Shown here in pieces: positions 1 to 8,314 of a stretch of DNA of 41,279 bases. The position numbers were made by a program, and so were the translations under genes. Position 1 is the stretch's first letter, and the number at the start of each line of letters is the position of its first letter. The DNA is taken from IMG/VR virus record IMGVR_UViG_3300045988_151297, positions 1-41,279 of that record; one strand, written 5' to 3'. The stretch comes from a virus. The notes below the pieces were generated by a model. That model was given only the letters and a program-made list of their open reading frames with translations. It did not search any database and had not been told where the DNA came from.

Positions 1-99
1 AACTAATAAGGTAATAAAACAATAATATCTAGGGGGAGTATTATGACTAAAGATAAATATAAATATATCGAAGGGTTATTAAGAAATTATAAAAAAAAT
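1..99. repeat. 99-bp terminal direct repeat, identical to 41181..41279 (assembly overlap of a circular or circularly permuted genome)
   Basis: Direct comparison of the first and last 99 bases shows identity. The start of the regulator gene (ATG 43) is duplicated at 41223. Confidence 0.95.
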
Positions 100-441
100 A
101 AATCAAGAATTAAAATATTAGAGTTGGGGTTAGTTACTGATGATGATTATGCACTTGGGGCAATAGATTATTCAAAAGATAAAATACAAACTTCCAATAA
201 AAGTGATCTATCTGATGTAATAGTTAAAAGAGAAAAAGAATTAGATAAACTTAAGTATGAGGTAAGCCTAACAGATGCACTCTTAGAAAGTTTGAATAAT
301 AAAGATAGATATATAATTGAAGCCTTTTATATAGAAAATATTAGAATGAATAAAATAGCTGTAAAATTAAATTACTATGAAACTAAAACAGTATGGAGCA
401 ACAAGGATAGAATAATGAATAGCTTAATAGAATTAGTGTAG
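43..441 (+). CDS. Putative late-gene transcriptional activator, RinA/ArpU-like (sigma-70 region-4-like HTH)
   Basis: 132 aa, sited just upstream of the terminase genes. The C-terminal DRYIIEAFYIEN..NKIAVKLNY..TVWSNKDRIM resembles a region-4 HTH of phage late activators. RBS GGGGGAG precedes the ATG. Confidence 0.5.
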   Translation: MTKDKYKYIEGLLRNYKKNKSRIKILELGLVTDDDYALGAIDYSKDKIQTSNKSDLSDVIVKREKELDKLKYEVSLTDALLESLNNKDRYIIEAFYIENIRMNKIAVKLNYYETKTVWSNKDRIMNSLIELV

Positions 442-462
442 GTGTAAAAGCCTACTTTTTTA
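438..462 (+). terminator. Intrinsic terminator after the regulator gene
   Basis: Stem GTAGG/CCTAC (438..442 with 451..455) followed by a T6 run. Confidence 0.55.
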
Positions 463-637
463 TTGCAAAAAACCTTACAAGTGTTGAAATGACTATATTT
501 TAACTATGAAATGACGTTTATTTTACATTTTAGATGTAGTATTATATTAACATAGATATTTTATGATAATTTCATAATTATTCTTAATCTCCTTATTACT
601 TATATTATTTTTAATATTTTTATTTTGATTTTTTATC

Positions 638-667
638 CTAGCATATCAGTTTAAATTGATGTGCTAG
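638..667. other. 11-bp-stem hairpin in the AT-rich leader upstream of terS
   Basis: CTAGCATATCA (638..648) pairs with TGATGTGCTAG (657..667) with one G-U. The loop is GTTTAAAT. Confidence 0.35.
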
Positions 668-691
668 TATTAAAACTCAAAGGTGGTAGAG

Positions 692-841
692 TTGAAGGAG
701 AGAAAAACTAAGGTTAAAACTAAGGTATGGAAGGATGTAGATGAAGTTGTAAAAGCTACTATTGAAATACCTAAAAAGGCACAATGGCTAGTTGAAGTCA
801 TGGAAGAAGTGCCAAAAGGGGAAAAGGCGTCTAATGGATAG
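692..841 (+). CDS. Small hypothetical protein (49 aa) upstream of terS
   Basis: TTG start 5 nt after AAGGTGG, with an alternative GTG at 683. The reading frame is purine-rich and coding-like: KERKTKVKTKVWKDVDEVVKATIEIPKKAQWLVEVMEEVPKGEKASNG. It is below the ORF-track length cut-off. Confidence 0.3.
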   Translation: MKERKTKVKTKVWKDVDEVVKATIEIPKKAQWLVEVMEEVPKGEKASNG

Positions 842-874
842 GCGTCTTTTTATTTTATTTAAGGAGGTGTTGAG

Positions 875-1312
875 GTGAGTAAATTAAATGAAAAACAAAA
901 GGCTTTTGCAAATTATTATATTGAAAGCCTTAATGCGACTGAAAGCTATAAAAGGGCTTACAATGTAGTCAATCAAAGTACAGCAGAAGCAAATGGAAGC
1001 CGACTGCTTAGAAATGCCAAGGTTAAAAACTACATAGATGAAGTTATGAGTGCTAAAGATGAAAGCAGAATAGCTTCACAAGATGAAATATTACAGATAC
1101 TTACTGATATAGCTAGAGGAATTACAGAAGAGGAAGTAGTTCAATTTAGTCAATTGGGGGAAGAGTTAAGAACAACTAGAAAACCAACTATAAAAGATAG
1201 AATGAAAGCTTCTGAATTACTTGGAAAAAGGTATAGAATGTGGGTTGATAAAGTCGAAGCTAATGTTAATCAACAAGTAATATTCGAAGGGGAGGATATG
1301 CTTGAAGATTAA
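875..1312 (+). CDS. terS: Terminase small subunit (Terminase_2 / P27-like)
   Basis: The N-terminus KLNEKQKAFANYYIESLNATESYKRAY is the typical small-terminase HTH signature. GTG start follows AAGGAGGTG. The gene overlaps terL. Confidence 0.9.
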   Translation: MSKLNEKQKAFANYYIESLNATESYKRAYNVVNQSTAEANGSRLLRNAKVKNYIDEVMSAKDESRIASQDEILQILTDIARGITEEEVVQFSQLGEELRTTRKPTIKDRMKASELLGKRYRMWVDKVEANVNQQVIFEGEDMLED

Positions 1313-2549
1313 TTTACCACAAATAGTTGGGAAAGGTTATGCAACTTACTGGAATTATAAAGGAAGATATAGAGTAGTAAAAGGTGGTAGAGGTAGCAAA
1401 AAATCAACTACTACTGCACTATGGATTATTTATAATATGATGAAATATCCATTAGCTAATACTTTGGTAATTAGAAGGGTTTTTAATACTCATAAAGATA
1501 GTACATATACGCAGTTAAAATGGGCATCAAATGTGTTGGGAGTTTCTCATTTATGGAAATTTAGCAAATCACCGTTAGAAGCTACTTATATTCCAACTGG
1601 GCAAAAGATATTATTTAGAGGATTAGATGATCCTATGAGTATAACTTCTATTACTGTTGAACATGGTCATTTGTGTTGGTGTTGGTTTGAAGAAGCTTTC
1701 CAAGTAATGAATGAAGATGATTTTAACAAGGTTGATATGTCTATAAGAGGAGAACTTCCAAAAGGATATTTCAAACAAATAACATTAAGCTTTAACCCTT
1801 GGAGTGAAAAGCACTGGTTAAAAAAGAGGTTCTTTGATGTAAAAGATGAAGATATTTTAGCTATCACAACTAATTATACCTGTAATGAATTTTTAGGAGA
1901 AGATGATAAAAAGCTATTTGAAAAAATGAAGCTAAATAATCCTAGAAGATATAACATAGAAGGTTTAGGTAACTGGGGAATAGCTGAAGGATTAGTTTAT
2001 AGTAACTTTGAAGAGTTAGATTTTAATATTGAAGATATAAAGAAAAGACCAAATGTTAAAAGTGCCTTTGGTTTAGACTTTGGATATACAAATGATCCAA
2101 CTGCTTTTATAGCTTCTTTGGTTGATTTAGATAATAATGAAATATTTATATTTGATGAGCATTATCAGAAAGCTATGAGCAACAAGGATATAGCTAATAT
2201 GATTAAATATAAAGGTTATTCAAAAGAAAGAATAGTTGGAGATAGTTCCGAGCCTAAGTCAATAGATGATATAAAAAGGCAAGGAATTTACAGATTAAAA
2301 GGGGCTAGAAAAGGGAAAGACAGTATATTAAACGGTATTCAATACATACAAGATTTTAAAATATATGTTCATCCTAAATGTGAAAACACACTTATAGAAT
2401 TATCTAACTATGTATGGGATACAAAAGAAGGTAATGTAATTAATAAACCTATTGATGATTATAACCATCTGATGGATGCCCTTAGGTATAGTTTAGAAGA
2501 TATTCGATTAGGTGGAGTTAAATTTAATAGAGATAAATATAACGTATAG
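1302..2549 (+). CDS. terL: Terminase large subunit, PBSX/XtmB-type
   Basis: 415 aa with P-loop GGRGSKKST and a C-terminal nuclease half (GLDFGYTNDPTA ... DDYNHLMDALRY). Confidence 0.95.
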   Translation: MKINLPQIVGKGYATYWNYKGRYRVVKGGRGSKKSTTTALWIIYNMMKYPLANTLVIRRVFNTHKDSTYTQLKWASNVLGVSHLWKFSKSPLEATYIPTGQKILFRGLDDPMSITSITVEHGHLCWCWFEEAFQVMNEDDFNKVDMSIRGELPKGYFKQITLSFNPWSEKHWLKKRFFDVKDEDILAITTNYTCNEFLGEDDKKLFEKMKLNNPRRYNIEGLGNWGIAEGLVYSNFEELDFNIEDIKKRPNVKSAFGLDFGYTNDPTAFIASLVDLDNNEIFIFDEHYQKAMSNKDIANMIKYKGYSKERIVGDSSEPKSIDDIKRQGIYRLKGARKGKDSILNGIQYIQDFKIYVHPKCENTLIELSNYVWDTKEGNVINKPIDDYNHLMDALRYSLEDIRLGGVKFNRDKYNV

Positions 2550-2559
2550 GAGGTGTATT

Positions 2560-3927
2560 ATGAGAAAAATAAAAATAGATAAAGATTATACTTTAACTAA
2601 TGATTTAATACTTGATTTAATAGAAAAACATAGTGAAGAAAAATCAAGATTAGAAAAGCTTCTAAAATATTACAATAATGAAAATGACAAGATAAGTAAT
2701 AGAGTATATAAGAATAAAAATAAGCCACAAAATAGATTATCTCACCCTTACGCTCAATACATAACTGATACTGCGACTGGATATTTATTAGGGAAACCTA
2801 TTGCTTACTCAACAGAAGATAAAAAGCTTTTAGAAGAAATAACTGATATATTTAAGTATAATGATGAAGCTGATAACAATACAACTTTAGCTAAGATGGC
2901 GAGTATATATGGTTACGCTTATGAAATAATGTACATAGATAAATATGCTAATCCTAGATTTAAAGCTGTTGATCCTAGTGAGTTAATAGTTTGTTATGAT
3001 AACACTTTAGACGAAAATATAATATTAGCTATAAGATATTATGATGAAATAGTTAGAGTTAATGATGAAGATGAAACTATTACTAGACTTGAAATATATA
3101 CAAAACCTATTGAAAATGACAAAGGTCAAATAGTTGGTAATGGTAAAATCATAAGAGGAACTATAGAAGATAATAATATAACTTTATCAGATGAAGAAGA
3201 TTGTTATTTTGATGATATACCAGTAAATGTTTATATCAATAATGATGAACTTTATGGGGACTTTGAAAAAGTAATAAGCTTAATAGATGCTTACGACCAA
3301 AGTCAGTCAGATACTGCTAACGATTTTGAACTATTTACTAATTGTATGCTTGTAGTAAATGGTGAATTAATAGATGATGAACAAGCTAAAGACTTAAATG
3401 ACATAAATTTAATACAATTTTTAAATTCTGATAGTGATGCTAAATATCTTATAAAAGATATACAAGATACTGCTTTAGAGAATTATAAGAATAGATTAAA
3501 TGAAGATATACACCGTTTTAGCTTTGTACCCAATATGAGTGATACCGAGTTTTCTTCAAACGCTAGTGGTGTAGCTATGAAATTTAAGCTTATGGGACTT
3601 GAAAACTTAGTAGGAGTTAAGGAAAGTAAATTTAGAAAGGGCTTAATGAGAAGGATAGAGTTGTTATGTGCTTATACTAAAATGAAAAATAATAGCGACT
3701 ATTCTTATTTAGCTATTGAGCCAGTCTTTACTAGAAATACTCCTAATAATGAGTTAGAGTTATCACAAATAATGCAAAACTTAGATGGAATTTTAAGTGA
3801 AGAAACTATAATTGGGATGTCGCCTAGAGTTAGTGATATTCAAGCAGAAATAGAGAAAAAAGAAAAAGAAGCTAATAAGCTTTATGAGGATAATTATTCT
3901 GAATTAGGTGATATAGATGCCGAATAA
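2560..3927 (+). CDS. Portal protein, SPP1 gp6-like
   Basis: 455 aa directly after terL, with ATG 2560 preceded by AGGAGG. The track ORF starts earlier at 2512, without an RBS. Sequence is typical portal type (NRLSHPYAQYITDTATGYLLGKPI). Confidence 0.9.
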   Translation: MRKIKIDKDYTLTNDLILDLIEKHSEEKSRLEKLLKYYNNENDKISNRVYKNKNKPQNRLSHPYAQYITDTATGYLLGKPIAYSTEDKKLLEEITDIFKYNDEADNNTTLAKMASIYGYAYEIMYIDKYANPRFKAVDPSELIVCYDNTLDENIILAIRYYDEIVRVNDEDETITRLEIYTKPIENDKGQIVGNGKIIRGTIEDNNITLSDEEDCYFDDIPVNVYINNDELYGDFEKVISLIDAYDQSQSDTANDFELFTNCMLVVNGELIDDEQAKDLNDINLIQFLNSDSDAKYLIKDIQDTALENYKNRLNEDIHRFSFVPNMSDTEFSSNASGVAMKFKLMGLENLVGVKESKFRKGLMRRIELLCAYTKMKNNSDYSYLAIEPVFTRNTPNNELELSQIMQNLDGILSEETIIGMSPRVSDIQAEIEKKEKEANKLYEDNYSELGDIDAE

Positions 3928-4948
3928 TTTACCTAATGAAGAATATTGGACTAAAAGAGAAACCTATAAACTGAAAAAAGGCTTAAAAGATTTAAAAAAA
4001 ATAGAAAAAGAATTAGTTAATGAATATAAAAAAGCTATGAATGAGATAGGTAAAGAAATTAGTAATTTATTTTATAAATATGCTAAAGATAATAACCTAT
4101 CTTATTCTAATGCAAAAAAATATTTAAACAGTAGCGAATTTAAAGAATTTAAAAGAGATTTAAAGTCTTATATGAAGCTTATAGAAGAAACAGGCGATGA
4201 AGAACTTTTACTTGAGTTAAATACTTTAGCTATGAAAAGCCGTATAAGCCGTTTAGAAGAAATGTTTTATCAGTGCAGTAAATACATCAATGAAGTATAC
4301 GAAAACACTAATAATAGGCTTCAAATAGCTTACAGTAGCACTATAAAAGATAATTATTACCAAACTATATATGATATACATAAAGCTATAGGAGTAGGTG
4401 CTAGTTTTTCATATATTGATAATGATATGATAAAAGAAATATTAGCTTTTCCTTGGAGTGGTAGGCATTATAGTCAAAGGTTATGGAGCAACAGAACCAA
4501 ATTGAAAAATGCTATGGTTGAAGAACTTACTCAAATGCTTATACAAGGCAAAGGAGTAAAAGAAACTTCTAGGGCATTATCTAAAAGACTAGATGCAGAT
4601 TTAAAAAACTGTATAAGGCTTATACATACTGAACATTCATATTTTATGGGAGAAGCTACTGCAAAGGCATATGATGAGTTAGGAGTAGATAAATATCAAT
4701 TCCTTGCTACTTTAGATAATAGGACTTCTGAAATATGTCAAAAGCTAGACGGGAAAGTATTTAATTTAAAAGATAGAGTAGTTGGTGTTAATGCTTCGCC
4801 TATGCATGTTCACTGTCGCTCTTGCGAGATCCCTTATATAGAGGATAACTATTCAACTAGATTTGCAAGAGATAGCAAAGGTAAAAGAATAGAAATAGAT
4901 TCAAGTATGACTTACAAAGAATGGGCTAAAATTTATAAAATAGAGTAA
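3917..4948 (+). CDS. Head morphogenesis / minor capsid protein, SPP1 gp7 / Mu F-like
   Basis: 343 aa after the portal gene. Conserved FPWSGRHYSQRLWSN, TEHSYFMGEA, and C-terminal LDNRTSEICQKLDGKVF and HVHCRSC motifs of the Phage_Mu_F family. Confidence 0.9.
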   Translation: MPNNLPNEEYWTKRETYKLKKGLKDLKKIEKELVNEYKKAMNEIGKEISNLFYKYAKDNNLSYSNAKKYLNSSEFKEFKRDLKSYMKLIEETGDEELLLELNTLAMKSRISRLEEMFYQCSKYINEVYENTNNRLQIAYSSTIKDNYYQTIYDIHKAIGVGASFSYIDNDMIKEILAFPWSGRHYSQRLWSNRTKLKNAMVEELTQMLIQGKGVKETSRALSKRLDADLKNCIRLIHTEHSYFMGEATAKAYDELGVDKYQFLATLDNRTSEICQKLDGKVFNLKDRVVGVNASPMHVHCRSCEIPYIEDNYSTRFARDSKGKRIEIDSSMTYKEWAKIYKIE

Positions 4949-4983
4949 TTGTGATATTTAATTGTTTAAATTTCAATATTTAT

Positions 4984-5015
4984 ACATACTGTATGTGATA
5001 AATATATGTTATAAT
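4984..5015 (+). promoter_or_regulatory. Extended -10 promoter (TGtTATAAT, 5007..5015) with upstream 6-1-6 palindrome ACATACtGTATGT (4984..4996)
   Basis: Read directly from the sequence. It lies 18 nt upstream of ATG 5033, in the gap after the gp7-like gene. Confidence 0.4.
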
Positions 5016-5032
5016 AATATCGAGGTGATTAT

Positions 5033-5311
5033 ATGCTAACATATTATTATTTGCCATTAGATGCAGATGCAGTGGAAATAGAAGTATTAAGGCAATTATA
5101 TAAATATTGTAAAGATAAAAGTTTTATTTGCGAATATTCATTAGCTTCATTGTCTAATAGTTGTGATAAAAGATTGAATATAACAAAAAGAAAAATAGAA
5201 ACTATATTAAAAAACTTTGAAGCTAAAGGATGGATAAAACATATAAATAAAGGTGTTGGAAGAAATAAAAGTATTCTTAAGATAACTTTTAAAGAGAATG
5301 TTAACAATTAA
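5033..5311 (+). CDS. Small winged-helix DNA-binding protein, paralogue of the N-terminal domain of the replisome organiser (32807..33550)
   Basis: 92 aa, aligning by eye to residues about 4..88 of the 247-aa organiser. Shared motif: DKRLN(I/L)T..K..TILK.FE..G(W/Y)IK. RBS GAGGTGA. The gene has its own promoter and terminator. Confidence 0.6.
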   Translation: MLTYYYLPLDADAVEIEVLRQLYKYCKDKSFICEYSLASLSNSCDKRLNITKRKIETILKNFEAKGWIKHINKGVGRNKSILKITFKENVNN

Positions 5312-5334
5312 AATATAGTATTTTCAATGTATTT

Positions 5335-5365
5335 AAGGACTTATTGTGATATAAGTTCTTTTTTA
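5335..5365 (+). terminator. Intrinsic terminator after the wHTH gene
   Basis: AAGGACTTA/TAAGTTCTT stem (one G-U) followed by TTTTT. Confidence 0.6.
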
Positions 5366-5386
5366 TTGAAAAAATATGTGACATTT

Positions 5387-5441
5387 CTAACAACAATCTA
5401 ACAACAATCTAACAACAATCTAACAACAATCTAACAAATAA
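5387..5441. repeat. Tandem 11-bp iterons CTAACAACAAT, 4 full copies plus 1 partial
   Basis: Perfect units at 5387, 5398, 5409 and 5420, with a partial unit at 5431. The period of 11 bp is one helical turn. Confidence 0.95.
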
Positions 5442-5480
5442 AATATAGTATTTGCAACAGATTTAATGATTAATCGTTGC

Positions 5481-5535
5481 ATTTATGTGATATTTATGTG
5501 GTATTTATGTGATATTAGCGTGATATTTCTAACAA
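5481..5535. repeat. Second tandem 11-bp array ATTTATGTGAT (4 copies, degenerating) ending in ATTTCTAACAA
   Basis: Units at 5481, 5492, 5503 and 5514: ATTTATGTGAT / ATTTATGTGGT / ATTTATGTGAT / ATTAGCGTGAT. Confidence 0.9.
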
Positions 5536-5583
5536 TACTATCAATAAGAATAATAAATAATATATTATATATAGTCTTTTTAG

Positions 5584-5617
5584 CTTTTACTAAGTGTTTT
5601 TAGTAAGGGCTTTTTTA
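5584..5617 (+). terminator. Terminator-like hairpin before the scaffold gene
   Basis: CTTTTACTAA/TTAGTAAGGG stem (two G-U) followed by CTTTTTT. Confidence 0.45.
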
Positions 5618-5701
5618 TTGTCTTTTTTACTTGTTATAGACATTAAAGAATAACTCGGAAAACTTAAAAGCCTACTATGGCTATAAACTAGGAGGATCAA
5701 A

Positions 5702-6304
5702 ATGGAAAAAACTAAAAACAACGTTGTTAATAATGAAGTAGATAAAATAGCTTCAGATGTTCATGATAAGCTAATTAAAGGAACAGATGTAGAAGCTAAA
5801 GATGTTAAAACTTTCACTCAAGATGAAGTTGATAAGATGATTTCTAAAAGACTTCAAAGAGAAAGAAAAGATATAGAAGCTAAGATTGAAGCTGAACGAA
5901 AAGAAGCAGAAGAATTAGCTAAATTATCAGAGCAAGAAAAGCAAAAGAAATTATTTGAAAAACAAGTTAGGGAATTTGAAGAAACTAAAAAAGCATTTGA
6001 AGCTGAAAGGTTATTAAATGAAACATCAAAGCAATTAGCTTCTAAAAATTTACCTATAGAATTCGCTCAAATGTTAAAAGGTGAAGATGCTGAAAGCACT
6101 TTTAATAATATAAATGTGTTTGAAGCTAAATTCAATGAAGCCTTAGAAAAGATGGTAACTGAAAGACTAAGAGGGGCGACTCCAAAAGTTGCAACTACAA
6201 GTAATGGAATAACTAAAGAAGAATTTAAGAAAATGTCTTTAGCACAACAAGCAGAACTTGCTAAAAAAGATAAAGATTTATATTTAGAACTATCAAAAAA
6301 TTAA
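5702..6304 (+). CDS. Scaffolding protein (DUF4355-like)
   Basis: 200 aa, coiled-coil and rich in K/E. FTQDEVDKMISKRLQRERKD is the typical scaffold motif. It sits immediately upstream of the capsid gene and follows RBS AGGAGG. Confidence 0.85.
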   Translation: MEKTKNNVVNNEVDKIASDVHDKLIKGTDVEAKDVKTFTQDEVDKMISKRLQRERKDIEAKIEAERKEAEELAKLSEQEKQKKLFEKQVREFEETKKAFEAERLLNETSKQLASKNLPIEFAQMLKGEDAESTFNNINVFEAKFNEALEKMVTERLRGATPKVATTSNGITKEEFKKMSLAQQAELAKKDKDLYLELSKN

Positions 6305-6326
6305 TTAAATTATGAGGTGAAAAATT

Positions 6327-7118
6327 ATGGCATGGAATGAAAACGTAGTATATGATAATTTTGTATTAGAGAATAAATTTAAAGATATATTAAAAACTAA
6401 ATTAGATGCAATAAAATTTATGACTGTTGACACTGACTTACAAGGTGTTGAAGGTATGAAAAAAACTATAAACACTTATACTTATGAAGGTGCAGTAGAA
6501 GCAGTTGCAGAAGGTGCAACTAATACTACAAGAGGTAAAGTTACTTTTGACGATCAAGATTATGATGTTGTAGTTAAGCAACAAGTATTTGACTATACTG
6601 ATGAACAAGCTATGAAAGATGCTAATGTAGTAGAGGTAGGAATAAAAGGTTCAGCTATAGAAATGGTAAACGACTTAAATAATGATTTCTTTACTGAAAT
6701 AGCAAAAACTTCTACAGTACATACACATGAAGGTGCGTTTAACTATGATGTTGTTGTTGATGCAATAGAAAAAATGAACATAGAAGATGAAACTGGATTA
6801 TTCTTATTAGTTGGGAATGATTTAAAAGCAGCTATAAGAAAAGATGCAGATTTTAAAGCTTCAAGACTAGGAGAAATATTATATACTGGTCAAATAGGAG
6901 ACATATGTGGAGTACCAGTTGCATTCTCTAAGAAAGTACCAGCTAATACTGCTTACTTAGCAACTAAAGAAGCAGTAACTTGCTTTGTTAAGAAGCAAAA
7001 TGAAGTTGAACAAGATAGAGATAAGGAAAAGAGAATAAACACTGTTATAACTAGAAAAGTTGCTTTAGTAGCTTTAACAGATGCAACGAAAGCAGTTAAA
7101 ATAACAGTTACACCCTAA
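6327..7118 (+). CDS. Major capsid protein
   Basis: 263 aa in the position after the scaffold gene, with strong RBS GAGGTGA. The sequence is typical of a small HK97-fold capsid family of Firmicutes phages. A terminator lies downstream. Confidence 0.8.
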   Translation: MAWNENVVYDNFVLENKFKDILKTKLDAIKFMTVDTDLQGVEGMKKTINTYTYEGAVEAVAEGATNTTRGKVTFDDQDYDVVVKQQVFDYTDEQAMKDANVVEVGIKGSAIEMVNDLNNDFFTEIAKTSTVHTHEGAFNYDVVVDAIEKMNIEDETGLFLLVGNDLKAAIRKDADFKASRLGEILYTGQIGDICGVPVAFSKKVPANTAYLATKEAVTCFVKKQNEVEQDRDKEKRINTVITRKVALVALTDATKAVKITVTP

Positions 7119-7212
7119 GCAAGACCTAGGCGAAGATCTAGGAGTTGAAAAAGCATCTATAGAAGGTGTTAAGCCTAAAAAAGCTAGAAAAGATAAGAAG
7201 GTAGGGGAATAA
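7117..7212 (+). other. Candidate +1 frameshift extension of the capsid protein (31 codons, no internal start codon)
   Basis: The capsid gene ends ..ACA CCC TAA G. The +1 frame from AAG 7117 stays open to TAA 7210..7212 and encodes KQDLGEDLGVEKASIEGVKPKKARKDKKVGE. A CCTAG/CTAGG hairpin (7125..7142) lies 6 nt downstream of the site. Confidence 0.3.
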
Positions 7213-7229
7213 TTTCTCCTATCTTTTTT
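7198..7229 (+). terminator. Terminator/attenuator after the capsid region
   Basis: An 11-bp stem AAGGTAGGGGA/TCTCCTATCTT (two G-U) followed by a T-run. Confidence 0.5.
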
Positions 7230-7248
7230 CTTTAAGTAGGTGATAATT

Positions 7249-7593
7249 ATGTTAGAAAACATAAAATTAATATTAAATATTACTGATGATTCACAAGATA
7301 ACTTAATATTATTGTATTTAGCTAAGGTTGAAACTATGGTTGTAGATTATTGCAATGTAAATGAGTTAACTGGTGGGCTAGAAAGCTTTATAGAAGATAA
7401 AGTTATATCTATTATGAAGCCTTTAGTAACTGGAGGAACTCAAAACACTGGTGAAATCAAGTCTATAAGCAGAGGGGACACTAAAATAGAATACAACGTT
7501 GGAGAAGCAGTTGTAGCTACTACAAATGGTGCTACTTTAACTTCATCTGATAAAGAATTTTTAAAGCAATATAGAAGGGCTAGGTGCTATTAA
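7249..7593 (+). CDS. Head-tail connector protein (gp6-like, Phage_connect_1)
   Basis: N-terminus MLENIKLILNITDDSQDNLILLYLAKVE..VVDYCN is the typical connector signature. ATG 7249 follows AGGTGA. The track start at 7240 is a GTG. Confidence 0.75.
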   Translation: MLENIKLILNITDDSQDNLILLYLAKVETMVVDYCNVNELTGGLESFIEDKVISIMKPLVTGGTQNTGEIKSISRGDTKIEYNVGEAVVATTNGATLTSSDKEFLKQYRRARCY

Positions 7594-7940
7594 TGACTGA
7601 TATTGAAATATTAGAAAGCACTTACTTTGATAGATGCACTATTAAGAGAAAAGTTAAAACTAAAAATGAAAACACTGGTGTAACTGAAACTGTAGAAAAA
7701 ATAATAGCTGAAAATGTTAAATGTGCTTTATCTAAAAAAGACACTCCTGTAATGACGTCTGATGGAGTTGGCAAGTTAGCTTTTTCACATTTATTATTTT
7801 TAAATCCTAACATTGATATTCAAGAAGGCGATATAGTAGAAGTTACTACAATGGGTAAAATATCTATTTATTTAGCCTCTAAGCCTTTCTATTATTCTTC
7901 TCATATGGAAATTTCATTAAGTTATAAAGAGAGGGCTTAA
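7593..7940 (+). CDS. Head-tail adaptor / head-closure protein
   Basis: 115 aa with TAATG coupling to the upstream gene. Size and position are typical for an SPP1 gp16 / HK97 gp9-like adaptor. Confidence 0.6.
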   Translation: MTDIEILESTYFDRCTIKRKVKTKNENTGVTETVEKIIAENVKCALSKKDTPVMTSDGVGKLAFSHLLFLNPNIDIQEGDIVEVTTMGKISIYLASKPFYYSSHMEISLSYKERA

Positions 7941-7941
7941 A

Positions 7942-8301
7942 ATGGAAATTCAAGGGCTAGATGAATTTGCTAAAACTTTAAATAATGCTAGTAATAATTT
8001 TGAAAAAGAAGCTAATAAAAAGCTAGATATTATTGCTAGTAAACTTTTATCTAAGACTAAGCTAAAAACACCAGTTGACACAGGATTACTTAGGAGAAGT
8101 TGGCAAACTAAAAGACTTAATAATCTTGAAAGAATTGTTTTCAATAACGTGAGATATAGCGGTTTTATAGAGTACGGACACCGAACAAGAGGTGGAAAAT
8201 CTTTTATAGATGGAGTTTATATGCTTGAAAAATCAGTAAAAGAAATAGAATTAGAACTTGATAAAGAATTTTCTATAATGATAGATAATCTTTTCAAGTA
8301 G
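7942..8301 (+). CDS. HK97 gp10-family tail-attachment protein
   Basis: 119 aa with the motif PVDTGLLRRSW characteristic of the gp10 family. Confidence 0.75.
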   Translation: MEIQGLDEFAKTLNNASNNFEKEANKKLDIIASKLLSKTKLKTPVDTGLLRRSWQTKRLNNLERIVFNNVRYSGFIEYGHRTRGGKSFIDGVYMLEKSVKEIELELDKEFSIMIDNLFK

Positions 8302-8314
8302 AAAGTAGGTTAAT

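Noticed and set aside
1-99. The terminal repeat interpreted as a physical direct terminal repeat or cos end.
   Set aside because: The repeat cuts through a gene start, and the TerL is of a headful (PBSX-like) type. An assembly overlap is the simpler explanation. The alternative is kept as a testable finding.
129-141. GTTAGTTACTGAT inside the regulator gene, which matches 10 of 13 positions of the leftward-promoter operator.
   Set aside because: Only one half-site is present, it lies within coding sequence and it has no promoter context. It is probably a chance match.
824-848. AGGCGTCT occurring twice before terS, considered as a terminator.
   Set aside because: The two copies are direct, not inverted, so no hairpin can form.
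5387-5535. The tandem repeats considered as a CRISPR array.
   Set aside because: The units are contiguous 11-mers without spacers. They are far shorter than CRISPR repeats, and no cas genes are present.
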